This document shows, piece after piece, positions 39,461-53,438 of a DNA stretch of 64,000 nt. The translations under genes and the position numbers were made by a program. Source of the stretch: Haliotis rufescens (lineage: Eukaryota); assembly GCF_023055435.1 (NCBI RefSeq), contig NW_025963890.1, forward strand, positions 21,328,001-21,392,000, written 5' to 3'. The notes below the pieces were generated by a model, which saw only the letters and a list, made by a program, of their open reading frames with translations, made no database searches and was not told the origin of the DNA. How positions within the stretch are numbered: position 1 is the first letter of the stretch; each line of letters begins with the position of its first letter.

Positions 39461-39589
39461 TCAGTATGTCTTGTAAATAATCAAATTCTTGGCCAGGCAA
39501 ACCTATTGTTGATAAATGAGCAGCATTCTACCATGTTGGGATCAGCTACAATTGGTCAGGTCACACATTGTAGGTACCAACCCATTCCT

Positions 39590-40130
39590 CATTAAGATCC
39601 TCATTCCCGAAGATCAAGTGGTCAACATCTACTGATGTCCCTTCATTCCCGGTCAGAAAAGTTTTGTGACTGTTGTTTCTCAAGATCAGGTTCCTTGATA
39701 TTGAACTCTCTCCTGCCCAACATCAGAGTGAGTGAGTGAATGAGTAATTTGGTTTTACGCTGCTTTTAGCAATATTCCAGCAATATCACGGCGGGGGACT
39801 CCAGAAATGGGCTTCACACATTGTACCCATGTTGGGAATCGAACCCGGGTCTTCAGGCGTCACGAGCGAACGCTTAACCACTAGGCTACTCGGCCACCCC
39901 CCCAACATCAGAGGTATCCATGAAGTCACAACATTCAAGACAAAACTGAAGACACATCTTTACAGAGGCTTACATTATATAGCAATACCATCAGTTATAC
40001 CTGGGCCTGTTATGTGTGGGCATCCTTATCATTGCATGTCAACACAATTTACTGTCAATGTATCTAGTGGGATGGAGTCAAGACAAGCGCTTATGAGCAG
40101 TTGTTTCCATTGGATTCTAGCGCTATAATG
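39590..40130 (+). mobile_element. 3' end of an L2/CR1-group LINE, interrupted by a SINE
   Basis: LRSS...NSL.PNIRGIHEVTTFKTKLKTHLYR C-terminal signature and 3' UTR AAGCGCTTATGAG...AGCGCTATAA. Confidence 0.7.
39729..39900 (-). mobile_element. Short tRNA-headed SINE family C
   Basis: Box A TAGCCTAGTGG and box B GGTTCGATTCC; 13-bp TSD CCCAACATCAGAG (39716-39728, 39901-39913). Confidence 0.92.
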
Positions 40131-41809
40131 TCCAGTTACTATAATTAGTCACCTCTGACAACAAGCATTGGGTGCTGGAACCTATTTTGTCTCGCTCCCT
40201 CTCACAACACTGTTATATTGAGCCCTGGGTCTAGATGACCTTGAGTTACCATAACACATGTTTGTAACCTTATTAAATCAATAATTGAAACTGACACAAA
40301 TTGAATTTCTCTTTTCTCTCATCACCATACAATAAAAACATTTCCCTGATCACTTAAAGCAACCAGGTTTCCTTAATTTTACTCTTTAGTTTAGATCCAA
40401 CATTAAAGTGAATTTCGGCATAAAAATGTGTCCTTGTCAGCCTCTGCTAAGTAAAGTAAGAATGCTAATTTTCAAACTCTGATGTCAAACAATGTATTCT
40501 GAGAAAGCCATCACCAAATACAGACTTGTTGGCGTCTTCCATACCTTGTTCCTTCATTGAAACTGACTCAGGAATCATGCAAATGATATTATCTGAAAAT
40601 TATAGGGCTTTGTGACATTTCTAAATGACATGCTCTGACTTACAAATGAGAGTTGAATTAATATTATTAGTGAACTGATGTTCTGTCCAGCAGATTCCTA
40701 ATACTGGATGTCAAGACGTCAAGTAAGCATTTTTACAGTATTTATCGGCCAAAGCAGAGACCTTTCCTTAACACACCAACAAATTTAGCCATTGCTCAGC
40801 AACCTTCTGTAACTGTAAAGCTTGAAATCCCATTTTATCATCAATATTTTCAAAGACATTATACAGTTTCATTGGTGTACTTGATAATTAGGAAGAAAAA
40901 GTGGCTTCCAAATATTAAATTTACATCAAACCAGAAATAGATTAAATATGTAGCATTTATTTTTTAATTTTATGTAACTGTTGATAATGATCTCATCTTC
41001 TCTACTCCAAAAAGGAATCAAACAAGAAACATAAAAAAAAAAGAATATTAAACTTCTAATTGTCACGGATTTCTATCTATAACAGGATAATTCTAAAAGG
41101 TATCTTCTTAAATCTTCTGCTTTTGTCATTTAACATGGTTCAATGTATATTGGGTATGGTTCTAAGTGAAGCATATGACTATAATTATATCAAATTTTCT
41201 TACTGGCCATATGACATTAAAAGCCTCAGACCAAGGAAGAGAAATGTGTGATGATTCTATCATCTAAATCACCTACAGTCAACAAGGATAATCAATGGGG
41301 ATTTCAAAACTAGGAACACAGTAGTTTTTCAGAATAATCTTCATCCGATAAAAGTAACCAAAAAGAAATTACCCTTATAATTGATGAACAAAACAGATTT
41401 CTCTCCTCCAGTGAGTTAATTCTAGAAAAGAATAATTGAAGTGTGTTTGGATTAACTCTGCTCATTGTCGTCCTCTGTATTTCCAGGGCTAGCATTTTGG
41501 GAACCCAACACCGACCCCCGGACACATTCACAAGGTTTTCACGATCTTAAATTACCTGTCCTTGATTTCATGAACATTTTACAGACAAATCAAACGTTGA
41601 GATAAGGAAAAAGAAAATGGGTAACTCATATTGCCCAGTTTTGATGGACACGAAAACATCCTTTACATCAAAAAGAATTTTTAGGGCTTTCTTTTGCGTG
41701 TCAGTCAGTTTTTCAACACTAAATATATCTCGCAAACTCTATCATAATCAGTGGGACTGGACTGGCCACTATGACGTTGATATCGCCAACCTAACATTGA
41801 GGCTCGATT

Positions 41810-41990
41810 GTGAGTGAATGAGTGAGCTGGGTTTAACGCCGCTTTTAACAGTATTCCAGTTATATCGCTACATGTCAGCTTAATGTGGGAGGAAAGCCCA
41901 AAGTGATGCAAGTCTCAGACGTTTACCACTTTGGTGAAACCCACGAGCACGGGTATGGTGCTGACAAACCTAGAAACATAATTGGGGCGA
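41810..41990 (-). mobile_element. SINE family B, 3' half
   Basis: Closely similar to 23951-24120. Confidence 0.8.
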
Positions 41991-44900
41991 ATCTGATGTG
42001 TAGTGAACCGGTAACTCGTTTTACAGATACTGTTTTGTTTCCAATTAACTGTTTTCGTGATCTCCAAAGTGAACGGATGACTTGTCTTACACAAACCATT
42101 CCTAGTTATCCAATTAACCGTTTTCATGATCTGCAGCGCAAGGTACAAATGAGTTATGTTCCATGATAAAATACATATTGATAGTTTTATACACGTAACT
42201 TCAAATTATCATTAATAATATGAACCTAGGGTAACCCATACCAGTTAGCAAACTTGTAACTGGTTATCCAAGTATTTGCGACGAGCCCAACACTTAGAAT
42301 GATGGTTAGTTCAGAGTCATAATGAGACTGATAGTCAATTCAAGAGGCTTGATGAGACATCAGATTCATAATGTGAGACTGATTCTAAGATCAGTCATAC
42401 TGACACTGATGGTATCTTCACAAGGCTAAATGAGACTTAAGTTCAGATTCCTAATGAAGGTAAATTTAGTGTTATTGGGACTTATGGTAAGCTGAATCTG
42501 CTCTTACTCTGTGTAAAGTTACCCATCACTGTGTGGACTGAATATTGCAAAATGCACAAAACCCAAACTTTATCCTTTATCCCTAATGCCATTCACTGTG
42601 TGAATTGAATATTCAAAATTAGCATAAAACACAGACCCTGTAATGCAACAAGAAAAATCTCATAATTCTCCAATCTGAGGAAGATGAATGCTTGCTATTG
42701 TATACAAGATGACAGACTCAAAGCACTAATTGAGGCCCCAGCTGAAATTCAGAATTTGCAAACCAAACTCTATCACATTAACACCTTCCCCTGCTCCAGT
42801 GTTGACCAAAACTCCACAGACATACACTGAACAAAAACACTTAAGCAAGTTCCATAACATCCACCACCCCACATTGATTTCCAATTCTGACCAAGGTAAA
42901 CATCAAGACACTGATCGGAATGGCTGGTCTGTTTTATTGGGCAGTAATACCAAACCAAGCTTCCTCCAAGGCAAAGGTCAGCTACCCATGGACTTGTTCT
43001 ACAAAGCATCTACAGTGTTTGGACCATCATAAATCTATGTGGAATCATGAGAGTGAAATTGTCGGTGAACGGTGCCTGATGGCCACATTTGAGAGGACCA
43101 TGAGAGTAGGAGGCAACAGAGGTCGTATTGACCTGTTTGTCTGTCTCTGCTGGGGCAGGCTGCTGTAATTGGGCGAGGTGAGACTTCAGGGATCAATAGG
43201 GTCTCCTGCATTCCTCCCTCGTGAAAGCTACCCCCTCATCGAAACCTCTCCATTGTTCACTAGCACGTTTTGCTGTGATCATACACAGCACTGATGGAGC
43301 CTGATTGCGCTTAACAAATTGACGAGCCAGTCCGAACCTCGCCAATGATTTGATGAAAGTAGAATATAATCCCTCACAATCACTGAAGTCAGGTATGGTT
43401 TTCATGCGGTGAGGAGGGTTCATGAAAAGTAACTTGCGCTGCTTATCTGGGAAAATGTTCTCCTGTTTTTGCAAACCAACTTAACACTTTAATTCATCAA
43501 ATTGCTTCACTTATTTTTGATAAATGGAAGTATGAGTCTGATGGGATGCTGCAGATAGCTGAAGTTTTCAGTAGCAATTACATCAGAGATGCATTAAACA
43601 GTGCTTGAAATTGACAAGTTTTCAATTCCGGTGGCAAGCAATCCACTTTGCCTTACTTTCGTTAGTAGAAGTGAGAACAGCTTTTTACAAATCACATTCT
43701 AAGGAAATTAGCCAGCATGGAATGTCGTAATTAATTTACAAAGAAATATATGATGTTCACCATTTTCTGTTCTACAACAAGTTTTCCTGATTGAAAAAAT
43801 ATTTTTCAGTGCTCTTCCCAATATGACCTTCAGTTGTTGAAAAATGTGCTACACACATGCATCATTTACATTAAAATTGCTTAAAATATGGACTATGTTA
43901 CACTTTTAACACTATTCTACTAGCCCAAACCTATCATTTTAATTTTAAGCTCAAAATATTGACTATTCTTAACCAAGGGTACAAGAGAGTAAGAAACTGT
44001 TCAAAATCTGATTCGAAAACTCATAAAAAATGGTTTATACTCACATTCATTTCCCATCACTTATAATTGTGAAAGCAACAATTCTAGAGCAATCAGAATT
44101 GGCAGTTACTTCATCAGAACAATATCCAATATCACAATCAAATGAAAAGAGTCTTCAGATTAGTACCTCACCCACAACACCTGATTTAGAACGTCTTGAT
44201 TTCTGAAGTGTTTCCAAACATGTTAAACAAACCTTAAATGAAGGCAAAATGGAAAGACATATTTAGACAATCCTTGTGCAAATTGTACACGACATGAGCA
44301 ACATCCTGTAGAATCTGGCAAAAAAACAACAACAGTAAACAAATTACCTGCAAACAAGATCCAGTGAACATGTGCTAATTTCTTTCTGGCTCTCCACAGT
44401 AGCATGTTTGTCATTCATTATCACGTCAAGCGTCAATCAATAATAAAGGCGTTGTATATATCACTGGATGGTGTGTATTTCTTGCGTCAGTGCCCTTCAA
44501 GCTGATGACTGATCAATTGAAATTACGCATAAAAATATATATTGACAACTGGGAATTTCACAGGGTATTGATAAAACTACTCAACTGAAATGATTGTGAA
44601 ACACTTCATTGCAAAGTAGGATTTTAGCTTGTACCAGTGGGAACACTGAAAGGAAATTTTAATCGAATAACATGCTTGTCTGCCATAAGGGGAAACAGCC
44701 AAACTTCTAATGGAACACAGGGCTGATATATAATTGTCTGTGAGAAACATCTTTTGGGTTTTTTTTCATCCCGGTTCATGCGCGAATTGTTTAAGCAGTG
44801 ATTTTTAGTGGGTTAGGGTGCATCATCACCATGTGATAGTGATCATAAATACATGCTCATGAAATAGTTTGAATTGTACAATGATTTGTTATGGTTATGG

Positions 44901-47900
44901 AAATGTTTTTGTGGCTTATATTTATTTGGGGAGTCTGGGTATTTTTTCACTGGGGTGGTGTTAGGTAGTGTGTTGGGGTTGGATCAATTGATAATCCTGT
45001 GACACTATTTGCCATGTGTAATGAGTTACCTTCCCTTGCCCTGTACATAAAACAAAATTGTTGAAAGGGTGGACAAAGCGAGGAACATGATCAAGAAACC
45101 AAAGACTTATGGTGTGTAGGTATGGATGTCATCTCAGTTGAAGTAGCCAAAAGAAAACGTTCGACAAAAGGGGTTTTGTGCCAAAGACAGTGAAATGGCA
45201 ACTATTCTTAAATCCTCATTGATGAAGGAGTAAGTATATACACACTACTAAACATTGTGTTCCTCGTCATTGATATCCATAAATTCTCTCTCTTATGTGA
45301 TTCACTTCTAAATGCCATTCAAAGACTTGGTGCAAGTATTGTTGAAGCTTTAATTGACCCTCATCACAGCAAAATTGTTTCTTCACAGATTCACTTTAAT
45401 ATTCAAAAGAAATTTGTTTAAATATAAGAACAACTTATTTTTTAAGTCTATGTCACATAAGCAATGTCCTAATGTTGTCAGGCTACAATGACACAATCAG
45501 CAAGGTAAGAAGACACTTGACCATTCAATCCACTCAGCTCTTAAGACACAGGGGTACTGTGGATTATGGGGTAGATCAAAGGTGTTGCCTGAAATCAACC
45601 ATCCTCAATAACCCTGTGTGATGTCTTTTTTCAGTTATGATAAATACCCTGGACCTATTCTCTAACATTTGTTTCAAGTCCAATAAAGTTAAGCCATCCA
45701 ATCAAATTACACTGATAAGAGACATAATTCTGGGCAAACTTATTGATAAAAGCGATGGAAAAGACAGCATCACTTCCTGTCACAGCTATGGTAACAAATG
45801 GGTCCAATGTATAAGTTTTTCACAACAGAAGTAATATTTCACAGTATAATCAAGGATGGATGTATAGTTACAACTCCACACTTGAATTAAAGCATTGATG
45901 GTAAAAAAACTGTCAAGGGAGTCAGTGAGTGTCATGTAACGTGTAGTGACTGTGAGCTACATCACGCTAGACAGGAACTGAGCTTGGACCAAACAACACA
46001 CAGTCGATAGTCACAGGGCTAAGCTGTCGCCAGTCACCAAAGTCACCCAAGTCATGGATGAAAGCTTCTCTACCCTGCGGTCAGTCTTACAAGTACATAC
46101 ACAGCTGCCGTTGTTGCCACCTAATCTTCAAATGATTCACTTAAGACATGGGGAAAAGACCTATTCAACTCTGAATCCCCACTAGATATACCCATTACCA
46201 CATGGCTGAAATAATACCCTCTGTTCATGTCAATTCTCAAATTGAAACAATATGTCAACCCAGAAATCTTGATGTAAAAGAACTTAGTGTGAAACCAACC
46301 AACAACCAACAAATGGTATACAGTCAACAAATGTATTACAAAAATTCACTAGGTTTACAAATCAATACAAATTACTGCACAGCGATTAGAATGGCAGTAC
46401 ACAATTTAGTGGTAGTACAATATTCAATGGTAACATATAATATGATGGCAGCGGTCAGTATCAAATACACAAATACAGTGGTGATAGCAAAAGTCAGTGG
46501 TAATAGTCCCAATATATTCATCCATGGCGACAGTGGTCAAGCTTCCGAGATGGGATAGGCAGGGAGGGAATCAGGGACGATGAGCGACCCTCACATGAAA
46601 GCTGATTCCAAAGCGAAGAAATGCATGCACAGCGAATCGGGGCGCCTTAGACGACTGGGCCACCTGTGCCCCTCAGCATAAAGAACATTATAGAAATTTT
46701 GCTAACATACTATCACTGTTCGGCTATAACAGACCGGAAGTTTTCACACCACACTAGCATCTAAATATTACCGGTAAGTAACTTCCAGACGACTGATCAC
46801 TGTCCAAACACAATGAAATGAGCGTCTACCAAATCTCAACAAAAAGCAATATAACACAGTTACAATCATTGTTCAACAATAAAATACACTGCCATCTACC
46901 ACCATGCACAACTATCATTCATTCGCTCTTATAGGAAGTCATAATATTGATTTTACGAAAGATGAGGTATGATAAGGGCCCCTGTTGGTTTGCAATATCT
47001 GCATAATTTAAGAAATGAGCTAATTTTTAGAAAATGTTTTGAAAGTAGTAAGATGAGTTTTATCTTTTTATCTTTTCAACATAGACATGTTATGTTACTA
47101 GTAACAACATATCAACATGTCCTACAACTTTCAAGATAATTTTTTTTCTTTTGTTTTTCAGTGGGCCAAATCGGAACCCACATTACAACATGTCCTTTGT
47201 TTTACATGTTATGGAAAAAGGCAGAAAGAGTAACTCTTTGACTATGGACAATACGGTATGCTAAACATTATAATAAGGATAGGTCATAATCTATGATTCC
47301 ATTTAGTTATCTTCCCTTGTCTTTGTGATGTTAGGTAGTCACAGGCACAATTACTTGTTTTTTAACCTTTTATTAATCATGACAAAAGGAATTAAAAAGC
47401 TCAGTACTAATGCACAAACTGCCTCCAAATCCCACTCTGAGGCTTTGGAATAAACATTTCACACATACTCACCAGCCATGTGACATTAAAGAAACTAAAA
47501 CTTGAAGTTACTTAAAAAAACTAAAAGCTTTCTTCACGGAAAATCCCATTAGTGTCTTACACCTTGAAAAAAAATAAAAGCTGATGGAAAAAAAGAAAAA
47601 CTGAAATCTCTGATGTAAACCATCACTACTTTCACCAAATACAGCTCTTCAAAATGGTCTTTCCTTCTTTACAGCAGGAGCACTGTATCGGGAAGAGTGG
47701 CCAACTAGCTTCACAGTCAATTCAGAAATAAGCCAGCGAAGGCAACCAAGTCAGAATCAATGCGGACAAAATGAAAGGAGGTCCACTTGTGAATCATAGG
47801 AAATGTGTCACCTGGCGTACAAAGAACATGAAAGGATACATCCATAATTGATCAGCCCTTATTCAGACGCGGATAGTTGATAGACTAGCCATATAGAAGA

Positions 47901-48346
47901 CAGGCAGATCTGAGGCTGGCCCACAATACACTTCTGTGTCATTCAGCATGCTGGACTGTGTTACATTTGCTTGTGAAAATGTATGATTTGAAAGGTTCTT
48001 TCATGGAATGTCATTTTTTATTACCGTTTCTTGAAAATTCTTACAAGTTGGTAGCACATAGGAAGAGTTGAAATGAGACTGTTCCATATTCTGGAGGTCT
48101 TGGTCCAGACGTAGTAAGTGCCATGTGTGGTTTAGGTATCATAAGCTGTTGGCCTGATATACATCATACAATGTGTGTTAGCAGACACACAAAGTGGTGT
48201 TTCAATGTATTGAATCTACTTTGCTCAAACTGCTAATTTGACTTAGTCTGGCTTGCTCAGTGAAACATTGTAAACTCGAATCTCAAGGTATCAATGAAAT
48301 CATATCGAGCTATCTGGATTTCAAGAAAAGCAGTGTGCTTATATTC

Positions 48347-48992
48347 CACCATAGTGCTCATATATAACACCATAGCGCTGATATAACATCATAGGGCTGA
48401 TAAAACATCATAGGGCTGATATCACATCATAGGGCTGATATAACATCATAGTGCTGATATAACATCATAGTGTTGCTTATAATAACACCATAGTGGTGAT
48501 ATAACACCATAGTGCTGCTATAATACCATAGTGGTGATATAACACCATAGTGCTGATATAACATCATAGTGCTGATATCACATCATAGGGCTGATATCAC
48601 ATCATAGTGCTGATATAACATCATAGGGCTGATATAACACCATAGTGCTGATATAACATCATAGTGCTGATATAACATCATAGGGCTGATATAACATCAT
48701 AGGGCTGATATAACACCACAGAGTGTCAATATCATTAAACACCATAATGTCGATTATACATCATAGGATCGACATAACAATATAGTACTGATATAACACC
48801 ATTTATAGTGCTGATGTAATATCATAGTGATGATATGACACCAAAGTGATGAAACAACACCATCATGATTTTAAAAAGTGCTGATACAACACCACAGTGT
48901 CCTTACAACACCATAGTGCCGATATAACACCATAATACCAAAATAACACCATAGTGCTGACAGAAACCACAGCACATATAACACCATAGTGT
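48347..48992. repeat. 19-bp minisatellite (CATAGKGCTGATATAACAY)n with decaying 3' flank
   Basis: Directly visible; homogeneous to about 48720, then degenerate. Confidence 0.95.
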
Positions 48993-51900
48993 TATATGTA
49001 ATACTCAATTTTAATATTTTTAATATTTTTGATATTCAATTTAGTGAGGCCATGCCATTGACTGAAAAGGTTCAAGAAATTTGAGACAATTTCTTCTTCA
49101 CAATATTTCAACACTTAAAAAAGCTTTCACCAATTTCCCCAGACAGGCCCCACAGTGGTGCAAGTCTGATCAGTAATGCATCATCATCCACTACAACACC
49201 AAATCTTGACATAATGGATTCAATTAAACAGCACAAATACTATGACAGATAAAATGCCAAGCACAGGTAATGACAACACTCCAGCAGATCCCAGACACCA
49301 ACAGCTTGGCCTCGTGTAATTCCAAGTGATAGATGGCCACAATGACCAGTGGTCAGTGGGTGGCAGGTGCCCTTGGCGCTCAGATAAATTAGGTTGCAAA
49401 GTGATCCCTGTAATCAAAGATAATGTCTGGAATCCAGCTGTGATAACATGCTCACTGCTCACCCCTCTCAATCATCCCCAGGGAGTGATCATGCCTTACG
49501 ATAACAACTAATTAATTCATCAGTTTGAGGTCATGTGTCTTGTCACCACATGGCGAGCCAATCAAGCTGTTAGAAGGTATCCTTAGTTATCAAGCCCAGA
49601 GGTACAAAAGTTAGAAAAAAAATCTTTTCACGAACACTTTTGTCTACGCCTAAGGCAGAAAATTTGGTTATTAGGATTTTGTATGGTTATTTATGCTGCA
49701 TTTAACTATATTGCAGCAATATCCTAGCAGGGTAATAAGAAACTGCTTCATTAAATTATATTTAGACTAAGATTTGACAGCCACATTTCTATCTGTAATG
49801 GTCCTGAGCTTTTGAGTGTTAAAACAGTTCTCCAGTATTCCATGCTCGTAATAACAGTAAAAAAAATAAATGAGGATTGGGTGGTTACAATGCGGGATAT
49901 GGATGATTGGCTAGCCCTGGGTGGATATTTTACAGTCACATGACATAGCTGTAATACTGCTGGCAACAAAACAACATTCACTGACTCACAATTTTTTTAA
50001 AGGAGGAAATTCTATCTCTCTCTTTCCAGATTAGAATGCTGGTTAAAACAGGTGACATATAATGGAACAGGTTGAACTTGGAGGATTGCATGTCATCGAA
50101 CCCCAATGGTGTGGATTGTTTCTCCCTGGGCTGCCTGGTCAAGACTTGATTATTTACAGGCCATCATATTGCTTAAATATTGCTGTGCTAGGTATTAAAC
50201 ATCAAACAACCTCAACCAACAATAGGTATCAATTCAGGGATAGGAATTTTCAGGATTTAAGAATTTTCACAATTGACAATATCCCATACACTCTATTTAA
50301 AAAAATCTATCTGCATCTCACTGTTGTAATATTGATATGGGTATTTAACATAGACAGATTACAGACTTCAACAAATACTTATGAATATCATCTCAAACAG
50401 ACTTCCATGGAAATATGATTATGCCTAAATGAATAAATGCACTACAACATCCATCCATCATTTCAAGCAATTTGTGCCTGAGGCTGACCAAGTAGCCTCA
50501 ATGGACATTGGTCAATGTTTTATCGAATCCAGATTGTTCCTTCCATGACATTCGCCTCCAAGCCTGGATGAGGAAGAACCTCAAGTAACCGATGTAATTG
50601 CCATTATTGAGCAAATACTAAAGTCCAGAACAGTCTGCCTTGTGGGGCGCCAACAGGCAGGACTGGAGCAGGATGACCCAGCTGCTGCTGCTGCTGAGGA
50701 CACTGTGTCTGTACAATAGTGAGTTGAAGCTGTTTTACTCTGCAGTCCCAGAGATGCTGACCCCCTAAATTGAGGCAGTTAGGAATATTTCATGGGTACT
50801 TGGAGTCTAAAACTAGTAATCTAAAAATACAATTAATAAATATTATTAGAATGTCTGACTCTATGTTTTTAAAAATAATAAATCCTCTTATGCGTTATAT
50901 TTTATACTTCTATAAATTTGGAAAATACTCGATATTGATTTGTCAAATCACGATAAATCCCCTCTGATTGAAACAGCCGATTTGAAGATGCATTATTGCG
51001 GAAGCTAATATTTTTAGAAAAGTACTTCTTTTACAGTATTTGTTGGCGGACATAATTAAATGCTAAAGTTGCGGTTACTACAATATTCAAAGGATGTGTG
51101 GTAATACATTTTGTGCAGAAATTACGAAAAACATGCTAAATTTAACATTGGAAACCTCATGTAGTGTGTTCATATCCAAATTCAGTTCAGCGTGGTTAAA
51201 TCTACAGGTAACTCAGCTCTACATTGAGGGCACAGCAAGTTCATCTCCTAATTACTCAAACAATGGTTGGATGAACATATCTATGAACAGGTCGCTCGAA
51301 TACAAAGAGGTCTCTTACTTGACACATCTTGGCAGCATCACATAATATCAGCAATAGACCATGTAGAATGGCATAAAATGTGTCATTAAAGCTTACTGAT
51401 ACATGACAGAACGAGTTGCATGGAAATGACAACATCACAGCAGCAGACATAATTAACTAAGAACCTGGAAACAAGAAATTCTTTTGGACTACAGTATGGT
51501 TTGACGTTTGACGTTTGACGTTTGACCTTTGACCTCCAACATCCAAAATATTGACAGATCTGGCTGGCTATATATTGAACGTGTCCACAATGACCTGTCT
51601 ACAAATTGAATTTGCTCTAAATCTATCACCATTGGACACCAGCGACTAGTAGTGGTATGGAATGACAGCCATCACTGCTCCGAAGATTTGTTGTAAATTC
51701 AATAGTCTCTTTCCCAAACTCTCCCAAACAGGCTGAAGGAAAATTTAGCTATCCATGTTTGCTTTATAATCGTTTGCTTGTCCATCACATCCACTTGACA
51801 TTATCAAATTCCATTTGACATCACAACAGATGTCCATGATCCCCCTAACCATAAAAAAACACTTCTAGTGGATAAATCATTTAAGCTTTAGGATTTTGAT

Positions 51901-52487
51901 GAATTCCCCCTTCGCAATAACCTTCGCATGTATAGCATTGTAGACACACTGTAAGGATGAAAAACAACAAGGAAACGTGAGAGAAAACACTGTATTTGTC
52001 TTGATGAGATTGACTGCATCTTGCAAACTCGGCGGCCTAGTTGCCTATGCAAACAGGAGGTCACATTTGCAGTAACCTTCAGCTGCTGATGCAGGCCAAG
52101 TGTCTGTGGCAGATGTTCAGCCATCAGTGACTGTTTAACATCACATACAGTTGAGGTACTCTACATGGCTGATACAAAATCCATCAGCGAAGTGTTCACA
52201 AACAGTCTAACTGCTCATCTGTTATTCATGTGTGTAAAGACAGTTCCTGCTCCTTTTAATTGTTTGAGTGCTTAAATGTGTCAGCGTAAAGAATGGTCAC
52301 AGATGAACATTTCTACAATACATTCAATGTATTTTGCTTCTTTGTTCTGATACAGAAATATTTCATTTTCACACTCAATTTGTCAAAGATGTTTTCTGCA
52401 TGAAAGTCTGGTGCATACACATGCATTTAATGAAGCCCTTCTCACATAGACTGGTCTCAAGCAGTGTTAGCATTGCGTCATTTTTAT

Positions 52488-52780
52488 GAGGTGAGATGAA
52501 ATGGGGTTTAATGTTGTGTCACGTAGCAATATGCATGCATATATATATGCGTGTGCGTGTGCTTATGTGAGTGTGCTTGTGTGGCTGTTTGTACTGGTCC
52601 AGACCTTTTGCAGATTTCATGGTGCTAGCCAAATGAGATATCATGCTGCAGTTTAACATGGATTCCCCACTTTAGGCAGAATAACAAGTGCCATCTTTTA
52701 ACATCTTTTGGTATAAAGTGGCCAAAGCATTGAATCACCAACCTTCGACTTTCCAGGCAGATGCTCTACCCACTAGATGA
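52488..52780 (-). mobile_element. SINE family A, degraded
   Basis: GAGGTGAGATGAAATGGGGTTTAA...ACAAGTGCCATCTTTTAACATCTTTTGGTAT. Confidence 0.7.
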
Positions 52781-53202
52781 CAGTCTTTGGATATCTCTGC
52801 AGAAGTAGGTATGTTTCATGATAACACAATCTGATCTTTTACACTCTGCATATGCATCAAGTGCATTAAGGTTGATTTGCTTTTTCGAGTTAAGCTTTGC
52901 AATGAGCAGCATTCAAGCTATAAATGGTGCTTGTAAATAAATGAGTCTTGGCCAGGCAATCCAGTGGTTGATATTATGAGCATCTGACATTGTATTCAAG
53001 GTTGATGAAAAAACAGAGTATACAAGGTTTCGACAAGGGGTGCTGACTGGATGTAGCATGTCTGTAAGATCTTGAATCAGAAGATTGAGTAGTACATGTC
53101 ATGAAAAGAGGATTGGATGAGAACTACAGTAAAACAAACTCTAAGGGATCACTGAAAGAGATGCTGAAGTATTCATCCTACTATTGCAATGCTATTGTGT
53201 AT

Positions 53203-53438
53203 GTGTTTGTTGTTTAACACTGCAATCAGCAGTATTCAAGCTATATCAAGGCAGCCTTTAACTAAACAAGTCAGGACCAGACAATCCAGTGACTGATATT
53301 ATAAGCAACGATCCATGCTGTCAGGGTATGCTGACATGCAATCAACAGTCACTGAGTCTGACTGCTCAATCCATTTTAGTCACCTCTTATGTCATAGGTT
53401 ACTGGGGAATGATTCTAACCCTGACTTCCCCTGGGGTG
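53203..53438 (-). mobile_element. SINE-like family D, degraded
   Basis: TTTGTTGTTTAACAC...GGACCAGACAATCCAGTG...TTAGTCACCTCTTATG; similar copies at about 26750-26970 and 31910-32130. Confidence 0.7.

Noticed and set aside
39830-39900. tRNA gene-like sequences (also near 54945-55013 and 56640-56714)
   Set aside because: They are SINE heads: they continue into shared bodies and tails, have TSDs and lack a proper acceptor stem.
52990-53090. GFRQGVLTGCSMS, a possible RT motif remnant
   Set aside because: Too short and degraded to assign.
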